The translations under genes and the position numbers were made by a program. Below, piece by piece: positions 12,121 through 25,398 of a stretch of 64,000 nucleotides of DNA. Source of the DNA: Tubulanus polymorphus (taxonomy: Eukaryota; Animalia; Nemertea). The stretch lies in contig NC_134036.1 of NCBI RefSeq assembly GCF_964204645.1, positions 6,292,600 through 6,356,599 on the forward strand. The letters run 5' to 3'. How positions within the stretch are numbered: the stretch's first letter is position 1; every line of letters starts with the position of its first letter. The notes under the pieces are model-generated. The model saw nothing but the letters and a program-made list of their open reading frames with translations. It searched no databases and was not told the DNA's origin.

Positions 12121-13729
12121 AATGCAACCGAAACAAGAAAAATAATTAATTACGATGAAATCTAACTTTCTGAGTAAGGATTCAGTCTACTTTATGTAAA
12201 TTCACCATTACTGGACTCATTAACCTAACTGAATGTTTCCTAAATAAAAACAAAATTGGAATTCCAACTTACAGATTTATTTGTGTTTGTTTTGAGCATA
12301 TTCTTTGTTTATCTTTTCCTCGTGGAGAGAAGTGACATCCAAGCTACTGTAGTCAGCTCACAGGAGTCATCTATTGGGCCAGGTTGGCTTAATTAACATG
12401 GATTGGATATCAGGTCCTGATGAGGCGAAAAAGATCTGGAATCTACCAAATGTTGGTTCAGCAAACTGGCAGCAGTGCAGTGGCCCAATTGAAAAGGTGC
12501 CCACCTGAAAAAAGTGATAACAACCATTTAACATCACAATCAAATCGACTAAACCAGAGACTATTTACATTTCAAGTAGAAATGCTAATCACATACGTAA
12601 CCTCAAGCCTGACCTAACTTAAATCGCATATATAAAAAAGGGGCTTCAATTTTTACTCACCAATTTGTGTTTATAACTAAAGCATAGTAAATCTTGATGA
12701 TGGGCTCAAGCATCGTTGGAATTCCTGTAGAAGCTACTATACTGTCGATGTTTTAGTTTAGTCAGCGCGTATTGGCAGCAATTAGGTATGTATGAGTTGA
12801 ATGCTGAATGACACCATCTGAAAATAAAAACCATTAAAACATTAGTTCAACCTATTAGCAAGAGATAGTCTTCAACTAGAAATGGGTTCAATTCGAATCG
12901 ATGTATTATTGATTATTCCTTTCAAACACCGAGGACAATGTGTTACCGTATAAACCGGTCTATGCTTTGACCATTTTCAACGGACAGTGACAATGCGGGT
13001 CACCGCCGTACTATAGTTTGATGATATCTATCTGACCTTGAAAGCGTTTTATACTTCAAAATTCTACAGTATGGTACCGATATAACAGATATTTTTACCA
13101 CTCCCAGTAAAATGAGATATCAATATCGTCAGCATCTCCTAATTTGAAATTCCATTTATTCGAATTATGACTTGAACACAAATATCAAAATATCACGCAT
13201 TTAAAGTCTAAAAATGACTTGCATTAGTGCAGCGGTCAACAGCGCAAACCACTCGGCCACCGATCCTCGACTATACTAAGCTTTCTGGCATATGGTATGC
13301 AAGTCAAGGAGGTCACGGTAGCGTAAACACATCCGAATCATGCGACTGTGGAGGTCGTTTGCAATTCAAGGTCACGGTAACGTAAGAGTTGTTCCGAATC
13401 GCGCGACTGTGGAGAACGTTCTCGCGGAAGTAGACGAGGTTACAGACGAGTGTTGACGAATCTCTCACCGGTCCTCGGTAAAGCTAATGTAAAAACAGGT
13501 AAGAGACGTGTTTATTTTTCCGGAAACTCGGACCTCTAGAGTCGGCAGTTCCGGCAGATAACATTTGAGTTCGACTCGAAATTTTAAATTCGGTCCCAGT
13601 TCCAGTAGACAATCGTCCCACCAGCTCTCCAAAAGATGTTGGCTTAAGAGACGCAGAAAGAGGCCGTCCATTAAGAAGGAGTTCGCCAGATTAGACTTCC
13701 AATCCGATCAACACCAATAATGGGACACA

Positions 13730-14270
13730 ATAATGCCCTATAGCAGTAATACACGATTTGTTAAATTACTATGGAAGCCTAAAAGGTGTTGGAAGTTTGA
13801 TCTTTGAGGTAAACGCGAATGCCTCATTGCAGAGATACACGATTTGTAAAACTACCAGGGTTTGCTATGAGGTGTTGTAAGTTGATAAATAATTTTTTTG
13901 GGCTAATACCGATACTTCATTGCAGGGATCTTGGTATTGTTAAATTACTAGGGGTGTTGAAAAGTTTACAATGTGTGTTGGGTAATACTATGCAGGGTAG
14001 TTAGGTTTGCAAAACTACTGAGGAAGCCTGCAGTTGTAGGGTTTCGATTTTTCTGGTGAAATCAATGTTTTATTGCTAGGGTATAAGGTTTGTATAAGTG
14101 TCAGGGAAGCCTTTGTCACTAATGCGGAGAAATACCACTCAAAAAACTACTAGGGAAACCTATTGGGTGTTTAAAGGTTGATAGATATTTGTTGGGTAAC
14201 ACCAAATGCCTTATTGCAGAGATCTAAGTTTTGTTGAAATACTAAGGAAACCTGAAAGGTGTTAAATTAA
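13730..14270. repeat. Degenerate ~70-90-bp tandem repeat in the palindrome spacer
   Basis: Recurrent AATGCC..ATTGCAG.GAT....GATTTGT.AAA.TACTA.GG...CCT...AGGTGTT units. Confidence 0.6.
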
Positions 14271-15454
14271 TGAATTCATCTGTTTCAGTGGGTGTAAAAT
14301 ATCTATTATCAATTTTTGTCTCGCCCACAAGCCCTACGGCTGAGGTACAAACCGTTATGCGAGCATATTCGGTGTTTTACAAAATGAAAATGAAATTGAT
14401 ATTCTATCGAAACGGTTTTGATATTTGTGTTCAAGTCATAACTCGACTAAAAGGAATTTCAAATTAGGAGATGCCAACGAGATTGATATCCTATTTTACT
14501 GGGAGTGGTAAAAACATCTGTTATATCTATACCATACTGTACAATTTTGAAGTATAAAACGCTTTCAAGGTCAGATAGATATTATCAAACTGTAGTACGG
14601 CGGTGACCCGAATTGTCACTGTCCGTTGAAAATGGTCAAAGCATAGACCGGTTTATACGGTAACACATTGTCCTCGGTGATTGAAAGGAATAATCAGTAA
14701 TACATCGATTCGAATTGAACCCATTTCCAGCTGAAGACTATCTCTTGCTAATAGGTTGAACTAATGTTTTAATGGTTTTTATTTTCAGATGGTGTCATTC
14801 AGCATTCAACTCATACATACCTAATTGCTGCCAATACGCGCTGACTAAACTAAAACATCGACAGTATAGTAGCTTAACGATGCTTGAGCCCATCATCAAG
14901 ATTTGCTATGTTTTAGTTATAAACACGAATTGGTGAGTAAACATTGAAGCCCCATTTTTATATGTGAGATTTAAGTTAGGTCAGGCTTGGGGTTACGTAT
15001 GTGATTAGCATTTCTACTTGAAATATAAATAGCCTCTGGTTTAGTCGATTTGATTGTGATGTTAAATGGTTTTTATCACTTTTTTCAGGTGGGCCACTGC
15101 GCTGCTTCCAGTTTCTTGAACCAATATTTGTTAGATTCCGGTTCTTTTTCGCCTCATCATGACCTGATATCCAATCCATGTTAATCAAACCAACCTCGCC
15201 CAATAGATGACTCTTGTGATCTGACTACAGTAGCTTGGATGTCACTTCTCCCCACGAGGAAAAGATAAACCGAGAATATGCTCAAAAACAAACACAAATA
15301 AATCTGTAAGTTGGAATCTTTTTTTGCTATTTAGAAAACATTCAGTTAGGTTAATGAGTCCAGTAATGGTGAATTTACATGAAGTAGACTGAATCCTTAC
15401 TCAGAAAGTTAGATTACATCGTAATGAATTATCTTTCTTGTTTCGGTTGCATTA

Positions 15455-18400
15455 GAACTCATTGTCTGGGCTTTGAATCTATCAAATTAGTAAATTATTC
15501 AATTGAACTTGTTGTTTAGGCTTTGAATCTTTTGAATTAGTTATCGTCTTCAATTTAAACCATTCTTTTGGCTCTGAATTAATGATATATGTTACTTTCT
15601 ACAATTAAACTCATTGTTTTGGGCTTTGAATCTTTGAAATTAGTTATCATCTTCAATTAAACTCATTGTTTTTGGCTTTGAATCTTTGAAATTAGTTATT
15701 GTCTTCTATTAAACTCATTTTTTATGCTTAAAATGATTGAAATTAGTTATTGTCTTCAATTAAACTAATTGTTGAGGCTTGGAATCTATGAAATTAGTTG
15801 TTGTCTTCAATTTCACTAATTGTTTAGGCTTTGAATCTTTTGAATTAGTTATTGTCTTCAATTTAAACTCATTGTTTAGACTTAAAATGTTTGAAATTAG
15901 TTATTGTCTTCAATGTAACGCATTCTTTTGTTGTTGAATTTATGAAATAAGTTATTGGCTTCAATCAAACTCATTGTTTTGTCTTTTAATCTTTGAAATT
16001 AGTTATTTTCTTCAATTAAACTCACTGTTAAGGCTTAAAATATTTGAAATTAGTTATTGCCTTAATTCAATCTCAATTAAACTCATTTTTGTGCTATGAA
16101 TCTATATAATTAGCTATTGTCTCCAATTAAACTCATTGTTCGGGCTTTGAATCTTTGAAATTAGTAATTTTCTTCAATTAAGCCCTTTGTTTAGGCTTAA
16201 AATCTTTGAAATTAGTTGTTGCCATCAATTAATCTATGAAGTTAGTTATTGCCTTCAATTAAGCTTTTTGTTTAGGCTTGGAATCTTTGAAAGGAGTTAT
16301 TGTTTTCATTATTTTGACTTTGAATTTATGAAAAAGTTATTTTCTTCAATGAAACGCATTGTTTAGGCCTTGAGGCTTTGAAATTAGTTATTGTGTTTAA
16401 TTAAACTCGTTGTTTTGGCTTAAATTAGAATGTTTGAATTGAACCCATTGTTTAGGCTTGTAATCTATGAAATAAGTTATTGTCTTCAATTAAGCTTATT
16501 GTTTAGGCTTGGAATCTTTGAAATTAGTTTTTTACTTCAATTCATCTATGAAATTAGTTTTTGTTTTCAATTAAACCCATTCTTTAGGCTTGCAATCTAT
16601 GTAATAATTCATTGTCTTTAATTTAACTTATTGTTTAGGCTTTGACCCTTTGGAATTAATCATTTTCTTCAATTAAACTCATTGTTTGGGCTTTGAATCT
16701 TTGAAATTAGTTATCGTCTTCAATTAAACTCATAGTTTATGCTTAAAATGTTTGAAAATAGTTATTGTCTTCAATTAAACTCATTGTTGAGGCTTGGAAT
16801 CTATGAAATTAGTTGTTTTCTTCAATTTCACTAATTGTTTAGGCTTTGAATCTTTTGAATTAGTTATTGTCTTCAATTTAAACTCATTGTTTTGGCTATA
16901 ATGTTTGAAATTAGTTATTGTCTTCAATTAAACTCATTGTTTATGCTTAAAATGTTTGAAATAAGTTATTGCCTTCAATTAAACTATTTGTTTAGGCTTT
17001 GAATCTATGAAATTAGTTATTGTCTTCAATTACACTAATTGTTTAGGCTTTGAATCTTTTGAATTTGTTATTGTCTTCAATGTAACGCATTCTTTTAATG
17101 TTGAATTTATGAAATAAGTTATTGTCTTCAATCAAACTCATTGTTTGGGCTTTTAATCTTTGAAATTAGTTATTTTCTTCAATTAAACTCATTGTTTAGG
17201 CTTAAAATTTTTGAAATTAGTTATTGCCTTCAATTAAACTCATTGTTTAGGCTTAGAATCTATGAAATTAGTTATTGCCTTCAATTAAGCTTTTTTTAGG
17301 CTTGGAATCTTTGAAAGGAGTTATTGTCTTAGTTGTTTTGGCTTTGAATTTATGAAATAAGTTATTTTCTTCAATTAAACTCATTGTTTAGGCTTTGAGG
17401 CTTTGAAATTAGTTATTGTGTTTAATTAAACTCGTTGTTTTGGCTTAAATTAGAATGTTTGAATTGAACACATTGTTTAGGCTTGCAATCTATGAAATAA
17501 GTTATTGTCTTCAATTAAGCTTATTGTTTAGGCTTGGAATCTTTGAAATTAGTTTTTTCCTTCAATTCATCTATAAAATTAGTTTTTTTTTTCAATTAAA
17601 CCCATTGTTTAGGCTTGCAATCTATGTAATAATTTATTATCTTTAATTTAACATATTGTTTAGGCTTTGACCCTTTGAAATTAATCATTTTCTTCAATTA
17701 AACTCATTGTTTGGGCTTAAAATGTTTGAAATCTGATCTTGTCTTCGATTAAACTCATTGTTGACGCTTGGAATCTATGAAATTAGTTGTTTTCTTCAAT
17801 TTCACTAATTGTTTAGGCTTTGAATCTTTTGAATTAGTTATTTTCTTCAATTAAACTCATTGTTTAGGCTTAAAATGTTTGAAATTAGTTATTGCCTTCA
17901 ATTAAACTCATTGTTTAGGCTTTGAATCTATGAAATTAGTTATTGCCTTAATTCAAACTCAAATTAGACTCGTTTTTGTGCTATGAATGTACGTAATTAG
18001 TATTTGTCTCCAATAAAACTCATTGTTCAGGCTTTGAATCTTTGAAATTAGTAATTTTGTTCAATTAAGCTCTTTGTTTAGGCTTGGAATCTTTGAAATT
18101 AGTTATTGCCATCAATTAATCTACGAAGTTAGTTATTGCCTTCAATTAAGCTTTGTGTTTAGGCTTGTAATCTTTGAAAGGAGTTATTCTTTAGGCTTTG
18201 AGGCTTTGAAATTTGTTATTGTGTTTAATTAAACTCGTTGTTTTGGCTTAAATTAGAATGTTTGAATTGAACCCATTGTTTAGGCTTGCAATCTATGAAA
18301 TAAGTTATTGTCTTCAATTATGCTTATTGTTTAGGCTTGGAATCTTTGAAATTAGTTTTTTCTTTCAATTCATCTATAAAATTAGTTTTTTTTCAATTAA

Positions 18401-19340
18401 ACCCATTGTTTAGGCTTGCAATCTATGTAATAATTTATTATCTTTAATTTAACATATTGTTTAGGTTTTGACCCTTTGAAATTAATCATTTTCTTCAATT
18501 AAACTCATTGTTTGGGCTTAAAATGTTTGAAATCTGTTCTTGTCTTCGATTAAACTCATTGTTGAGGCTTGGAATCTATGAAATTAGTTGTTTTCTTCAA
18601 TTTCACTAATTGTTTAGGCTTTGAATCTTTTGAATTAGTTATTTTCTTCAATTAAACTCATTGTTTAGGCTTAAAATGCTTGAAATTAGTTATTGCCTTC
18701 AATTAAACTCATTGTTTAGGCTTTGAATCTATGAAATTAGTTATTGCCTTAATTCAAACTCAAATTAGACTCATTTTTGTGCTATGAATGTACGTAATTA
18801 GTATTTGTCTCCAATAAAACTCATTGTTCAGGCTTTGAATCTTTGAAATTAGTAATTTTGTTCAATTAAGCTCTTTGTTTAGGCTTGGAATCTTTGAAAT
18901 TAGTTATTGCCATCAATTAATCTACGAAGTTAGTTATTGCCTTCAATTAAGCTTTGTGTTTAGGCTTGTAATCTTTGAAAGGAGTTATTCTTTAGGCTTT
19001 GAGGCTTTGAAATTTGTTATTGTGTTTAATTAAACTCGTTGTTTTGGCTTAAATTAGAATGTTTGAAATGAACCCATTGTTTAGGCTTGCAATCTATGAA
19101 ATAAGTTATTGTCTTCAATTAAGCTTATCGTTTAGGCTTGGAATCTTTGAAATTAGTTTTTTCTTTCAATTCATCTATAAAATTAGTTTTTGTTTTCAAT
19201 TAAACCGATTGTTTAGGCTTGAAATCTATGTAATAATTTATTGTCTTTAATTTAACTTATTGTTTAGGCTTTGACCCTTTGAAATTAATCATTGTCTTCA
19301 ATTAAACTCATTGTCTGCGCTTTAAACCTTTGAAATTAGT
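15455..19340 (-). repeat. 51-bp satellite array, right arm (~3.9 kb), with ~0.8-1.0 kb higher-order repeats
   Basis: Same monomer inverted. The diagnostic variant TTAAATTAGAATGTTTGAA recurs near 16420, 17445, 18248 and 19049. Confidence 0.95.
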
Positions 19341-22300
19341 ATTAATTTAAACTCAAATTAATTATTTATTATTCATAATTTAAAATTAGTTCTTGTGTTA
19401 AATTTCACTTATTTTTGGTTTGAATCTATGTAATTAGTTAGAATACCATAATCCTAATAATGTGCCGCTATTCAAAATTTGTTCGTAAGGATTTTATGGG
19501 GGTAGAAAAAAACAGGCGAACAGGTTATCGAAACGACTGTATAAAATATTCCGTGGTTTTCAGTAAGTAATTGAAGCTCTGGTCTTATATTAGCCGAAAT
19601 TTCAATTTCACATTAATACCACTTTGCTGCTGGAATGATTGGGACTCGAACCCAATTTATCTTGTATCATGCATCATGTCGTTATGGCGCCTTCTCGTCA
19701 ATCTAACTGCTGTATTCCATTGATTTTCAATATTTCGACTTACTGAAGAAGAAATCTAAGGTCTAGTTGCATTATTTGCCGAAATCCTAGTTGCATTATT
19801 TGTCGAAATTTACATTACACCATCAAACCTCTTAACCGCTGGAATAATCGGGACTCGAACCCAATGGTATCGATATCAACTCGTCGATCTAAACTGTTGT
19901 ATGTATTGATATCGAAAGAGTTTTATCCAAGTTCGTTTTAGTTTCGGTTCGTTGATTTGACATTGTCTTACCTAAAAAAACTTCTTCAAAACGGAAACGA
20001 TTTGAAGGTGTTGAAAATTACTTTGATTTCAGCAAAGCGTTTAAAACGATTTAATAGGTAAGCACAGTAAACAATCCGGCAAAAAACAAATCTACCAACT
20101 TTCCAAATTCCAAAACATTTTTGACTTGTGTCACAACTGTTTAACTGTGCCTTGCAAGGTTTGATTGTCACTGGCACCGTTTAGATGTATGTAAATGCAA
20201 TTGTAATTTTGTTTCCCTTTGTTTTAAATTTCATAATCCATGGTGGACTCGATCCTGATCATCTTCGACATCTTGGATATTTCATCGATTTCGCCTCTAC
20301 ACGGAACTTTGAAACGGCGAATTCTAAGCGCGAATTCACCAGCAGTTTCACGCTAAACGACCTATCATGACATAACATTCACGGAGCACTCAGTGAACTA
20401 AGGAATGCATCATAGCGTTAAAAACTGTCTCCCGAGGATTCGCCATACCATCGACTTAAATAGTTTCGCGATGCTGTCAACAGATTAAATGTAAAATGTG
20501 TTTGGACTATGAACTAAAACCTGAAAGCATTGATGGATTTACAATAACATTGGAAGATTTTCGGCACCTAATTCGGATTTAGTCAAACAGCCAGGTGAAT
20601 ATATTCTTCTCCTTATTGTATTGAATGTGTTAACATTGGAACTTCATCATAACTTATTTGATAATACTGTATTTGATTACCTGTAGCCAGATACCAGTTT
20701 TGGTCGATCACCTATTCGACCTATTAATTTGACGCATAAGCGTTTCTGGTCGTTAGTATTTCATTGTGTCGTGGTTCCGGGCTATTCAAAAATTAATCAT
20801 TTCAAAAATAGAATGCGACTCTGAATTATAGAACATTGTTTTGTCGAGAAATAAGATGATGGTTCTCACTCACCCGATCTTGTCTCTCTCCACTCTCTCT
20901 CCCTCGCTTTTCCTCTTTCTCTCTCTCTCTGCCTCCATTGTTTATACAAATTAGCTCTTTTTCTCCATTGTACGTTTGTTCAATGCCATTTACGGGTTAA
21001 AAAAAAAATCGTATTTCATTAATGACAAAAATTAGTGACAAAAATTAGGGGTCAAAACATGAAATCCTGAATATTTCATTTTAGGGGCCAGAAAAATAAC
21101 TTAATATTCGTAATCAGCACCCCAAAAAAAACATGTCTGTACCAAATTTTAATAAAATAGGGTGAAAAAAAATTTTGACTTTGTACCCCATTTTTGGGGT
21201 GCATATTTTGGCCAATTAAACCCTAATTTGGCCATGAAGATGAACTCCGATTCAAGAACACTGAATTATAGAACACTGTTTTGTCGAGAAATATGATGAT
21301 GGTTTTCACTCACCTCTCTTGTCTCTCTCTTGTCTCTCTCCCTCGCTTTTCCTCTTCCTCTCTCTCTGCCTCCAATGTTTATGCAAATTAACTCTTCATC
21401 TCCATTATACGTTTGTTCAATGCCATTTACGGGTTAAATAAAAAATCGTATTTCATCAAAATTAGTGACAAAAATTAGGGGTCAAAACATGAAATCCTGA
21501 ATATTTCATTTTAGGGGCTTTTTGATCCAGAAACTAACTTGATATTCGTGATCAGCACCCCAAAAAACATATCTGTACCAAATTTTATTCAAATAGAGTA
21601 AATGAAAATTTTGACTTTGTACCCCATTTTTGGGGTGCATATTTTGGCCAATTGAACCCTAATTTGGCAATGAAGATGAACTCCGATTTAAAATCTGATT
21701 GCAGATCCGGATTCTACACGCCGGAATACATCTTTCTACTAAGTTTCGAAGGAATGGGAGAAAACAAATTTTTTCCCGAAAAAAAACTCCTGGACCTTAG
21801 ATTTTTGCCATTTTTGGCCAAAAAATCGAATCTCTTCGATTTGCTTGAAATTTTAGCCCTTACTATTTTTAGGGGTGCTGATTCTAAATATGCAATCAGA
21901 TTTTGAATATCTTAAAAACTCTGGGGTCCAAGGCCTTTTGAAAATTAAGGGGTCCCCCTAAAAATTCAAATTTCTCATTTTTGGGGCCCTGGATCTGAGA
22001 AATTCTTTCGGATTTGTGATCAGCACATCAAAATACATGTCTACACTGAATTTCATCGAAATCGGAGACAAAAAATATTTGACCCTTGACCCTCATTTTA
22101 GGGGTTACCTAAGTTTGCCATTTCTCTGATACACCGGTAACTAGACCTCTTACTATGTCTGTTTGATAGGTGGCCTCAAATCATTCTATTAAGTTTCATG
22201 CATATTTTTAGGACGTTCGTACACGGTGGAACTATTGACGTTTGTTTGTGTTTGTTGATCAGGACTACATCAGATGAACTGGATAAATATGTGTGGGCAG

Positions 22301-22828
22301 AGAGTATAAACAAACGAACTCGACTTCAGTTACAGTGAACTCTTATGTCCACGAGGACTAAATATTTGACGTTGCTGCTGATACGTGTTTGAACTGAAAA
22401 CTGAAAAATGTAAAAACTGCTCCCGGCATCTAGAATCTGACGGATAGAAAACCACAAGGAACATAGAAGTTTAGGTGATATGCCATCCTATCCTATCTCT
22501 CTCTCTTTCTCATTGTCTTCTTTCTTCTCACTCTCTCTCTCATTCTCCCGCTCCCTCTCTCATCCTCTCGCATTCTCGTTCTCCTCTCCCCCTCTCTCAT
22601 TCTCCTTCCACTCTCATTCTCCTCTCATCCCTCTCTTATTTTCCTCTCTCATCCTCCCCGCTCTCTTTCTCTCGTTCTCCTTCTCTCTTCTCTCCCCTCT
22701 CTCACTTCCATCTACCGGGTTGAGATAGGAAATAGTTCCTTTCTCTCCCGGTAGATGGCATTATTTTTTTTTGATAAAATGTGCTTAAGCAATGGATAAA
22801 TAGGACTTCCCCTGCAGGTTGTATATGT

Positions 22829-22892
22829 GCCGCTATAGCGTAGTTGGTAGGGTGCTGGGCTGCTAGCCGAATGGTTGGTGGCTCAAATCCCA
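22829..22892 (+). other. Degenerate tRNA-like/SINE head (mirror at ~7314-7382 on -, where the anticodon region is replaced by (CTAG)n)
   Basis: A-box-like TAGCGTAGTTGG and B-box-like GGCTCAAATCC (GGTTCAAATCC in the left copy). No convincing cloverleaf. Confidence 0.4.
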
Positions 22893-23272
22893 TAATTTTA
22901 TTGACGATTCAATAAAATGTTGAATTTTACTTTGCAAACAAGCTGTAAGAAATTCCTACTTTGAATTTGGAATAAATTTAATTTGGAATAATTTGTACTT
23001 TGCGTTTTCCTTTCCGTTTTGACTTTGTCCTTTCCTTGAACGTGAGAAGTTGCAAGCGGAAGAGTTCTTTTCCGAGCGAGTCCTTTCCGAGGCCGAGTGG
23101 AAGAGTTGGAATAGTTGTCTTTCTGGGGTAGAGTGTGAAGTTGTGAGGGGGAAGAGTCCTTTCCGGGGCAAAGTGCCCGAGACAAAGATTTTTAGTAGAG
23201 ACGAGCATTTTATGTAGATGTACGTTTATTTATTTACGTTACTGTATAACATGCGGCAAAACGAATTAACGG

Positions 23273-23648
23273 TGTAGAGTCTGCGTCTCGAGGTTTGAAG
23301 ATGGTGCCGTAGTCGGAGTAGAGTCTGCGTCTCGAGGTTTTAAGATATTGCTGTGGTCGGAGTAGAGTCAGCGTCTCGAGGTTTTAAGATGGTGCAGTTG
23401 TCGGAGTAGAGTCAGTATCTCGAGCTTTGAGGATGGTGCTGTAGTCAGAGTAGAGTCTGCGTCTCGAGGTTTGAAGATGTTGCTCTAGTCGGAGTAGAGT
23501 CTGCGTCTCGAGGTTTTAAGATATTGCTGTGGTCGGAGTAGAGTCTGCGACTCGAGGTTTGAAGATGTTGCTGTAGTCGGAGTAGAGTCAGTATCTCGAG
23601 CTTTGAGGATGGTGCTGTAGTCTGAGGAGAGTCTGCGTCTCGAGGTTT
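23273..23648 (-). repeat. 44-bp minisatellite, mirror copy in right arm
   Basis: Reverse-complement units GTCGGAGTAGAGTCTGCGTCTCGAGG; order of variant units differs from the left arm. Confidence 0.92.
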
Positions 23649-25167
23649 GGATTGGGAGTATAGTCTAAAAAACAAAAGATAAAATAAAGATTAAGTCAGC
23701 TTATGAAAACGATCATTGAATATCCAAATTCTATGTTGGTAAAGTTACCTAATCTATCAAAGTTGGATGCAGTAAACAGGTTGGCTTGGTTCTAGAAGGG
23801 TCAATGCGGTACGTAACAGCAAACTGTGGGTTGGTGCAATTATCAATGTGGTAGCAGCAGCAGCAGGTTCTGGATGTTGCGACAAACTAGCTGTGTACAC
23901 ATAGTACACAAGTACACAAGTAACGGACTGGTGCAGGTTAAAAAACCTAAAAAGACAAAATGTGTAAAAGTGATTTATTTCTGGAATTTCTTGGATTATT
24001 CGCAAAGACAAAACCAAAAGCGATTTGAAAAGTTAAGCCAAATGTTGAAAAATGTTTGGGTTCAACATCAAAACCATAAAGAAAACGCGATAATTATCGA
24101 TACGGTCGATTCATAACTAAAACATTCGATTCCATGAAATTTCTAACCTTTTCAAAATGTGTGTGTAGACTAAAAAATTGAACACCGGAAATCAACAACA
24201 GCGAACTCGCCCTTATCAGCAAATGCCCTCTGGGTTAGCCGTCATCCGTTTGAAGTTGTAATCCGACATCAGTAGCAGCAACAGCAGTCTCCTCTCCATC
24301 GTCAGTTGTTCTTCACGCCTTGTTGCAGAGCTTTTATAGGTTGACCTTCATCACTGGGCATCAGTTCTCGGACTGGCACAGGGAGGCTCGAACAACCCTT
24401 CTAATACATACGTCGACCAATCAGCGACGGTGCATCATCGAGGCGACCGGAATGGATCAATCAGAAGGCTCGATCGCGCATTCCTGTGGCAGACCCGAGT
24501 ACGTGACGCTAATCCTCGAGAACCATTCAATTCGTGCCAAACATTTCCTATAGGTATTATAGGTCATCGAGTTTAATTCGACTATTCATAGAGACACACA
24601 TTGTTAAAGATAGAATGTAGAATGCTAGGATTTTAGCCTAAAATTGCATACTGCAGTCTTATCTAAACTATCCAACAAACTTTATTGTAGATTTCCCTTC
24701 TATTTACATCTCGTTTTGAACTATAATTCCGGCTCAATTTTACTATTTTCGAGTTTGCTTCAGGAATATTGAAGTTTGCTTAAAAGTTTGTCCAGTCACG
24801 CGGCACTTTTGTGTAGTAGAGCGTGTGGCAGGTCTCCAGTGAGTGATTCTCTATTGGATTGTTGTTTCGAGGCCGATTTTATGCACACGTTCACCAGACA
24901 TCGCCGCGTACACGTCTACTCTGACTGGAAGCTGGTGAAGTTTAAAAAATCATTGAAGTTTTGTCAATTTACCTGGAGATTGATAGCTGCATTACTAACA
25001 AAATATCTACGGAATTCTCGCTGGGATTTTTTCGATTTCTTGAGGAATTAAACAAAAATAAAAAATTTCCCAAACCCTCACCGATCAACTTAAAATATCA
25101 AACTAATATTGTAAAAAAGTCGAAGGCCCCTGGTGGAATTACTCCGCAACCTGGACCGGTATTGTGG

Positions 25168-25398
25168 GATAAATAAATAATTCAGCCAGAAACGACTGAA
25201 TTAAACATAATTTACCCCACACCAGTTATTTTGTAGGACTCACGCATTAGCAACCTCATTCCAGGGAGGACAGCACTCTCGACTTGCCCGCTTACCGGAG
25301 ATCATTTGCCACATCCTGACCCGCCTCCTCCGAGACTCGAACCTGGGCCACAGCGGTGACACGCTAGTCGCCGACCGACTAAGCCATCCGGTCCGCCC
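25168..25398 (-). mobile_element. Mirror copy of the tRNA-derived SINE-like element (right arm)
   Basis: Reverse complement of 4834-5063. Confidence 0.6.

Larger units (their letters stand above)
4771..13190 (+). repeat. Left arm of giant inverted repeat (~8.4 kb)
   Basis: Inner end ...GACTTGAACACAAATATCAAAA (13190) is the reverse complement of TTTTGATATTTGTGTTCAAGTC at 14416. Confidence 0.95.

Noticed and set aside
16430-19250. Repeated 63-aa ORFs MFELNPLFRL...
   Set aside because: They are chance frames in higher-order copies of the 51-bp satellite.
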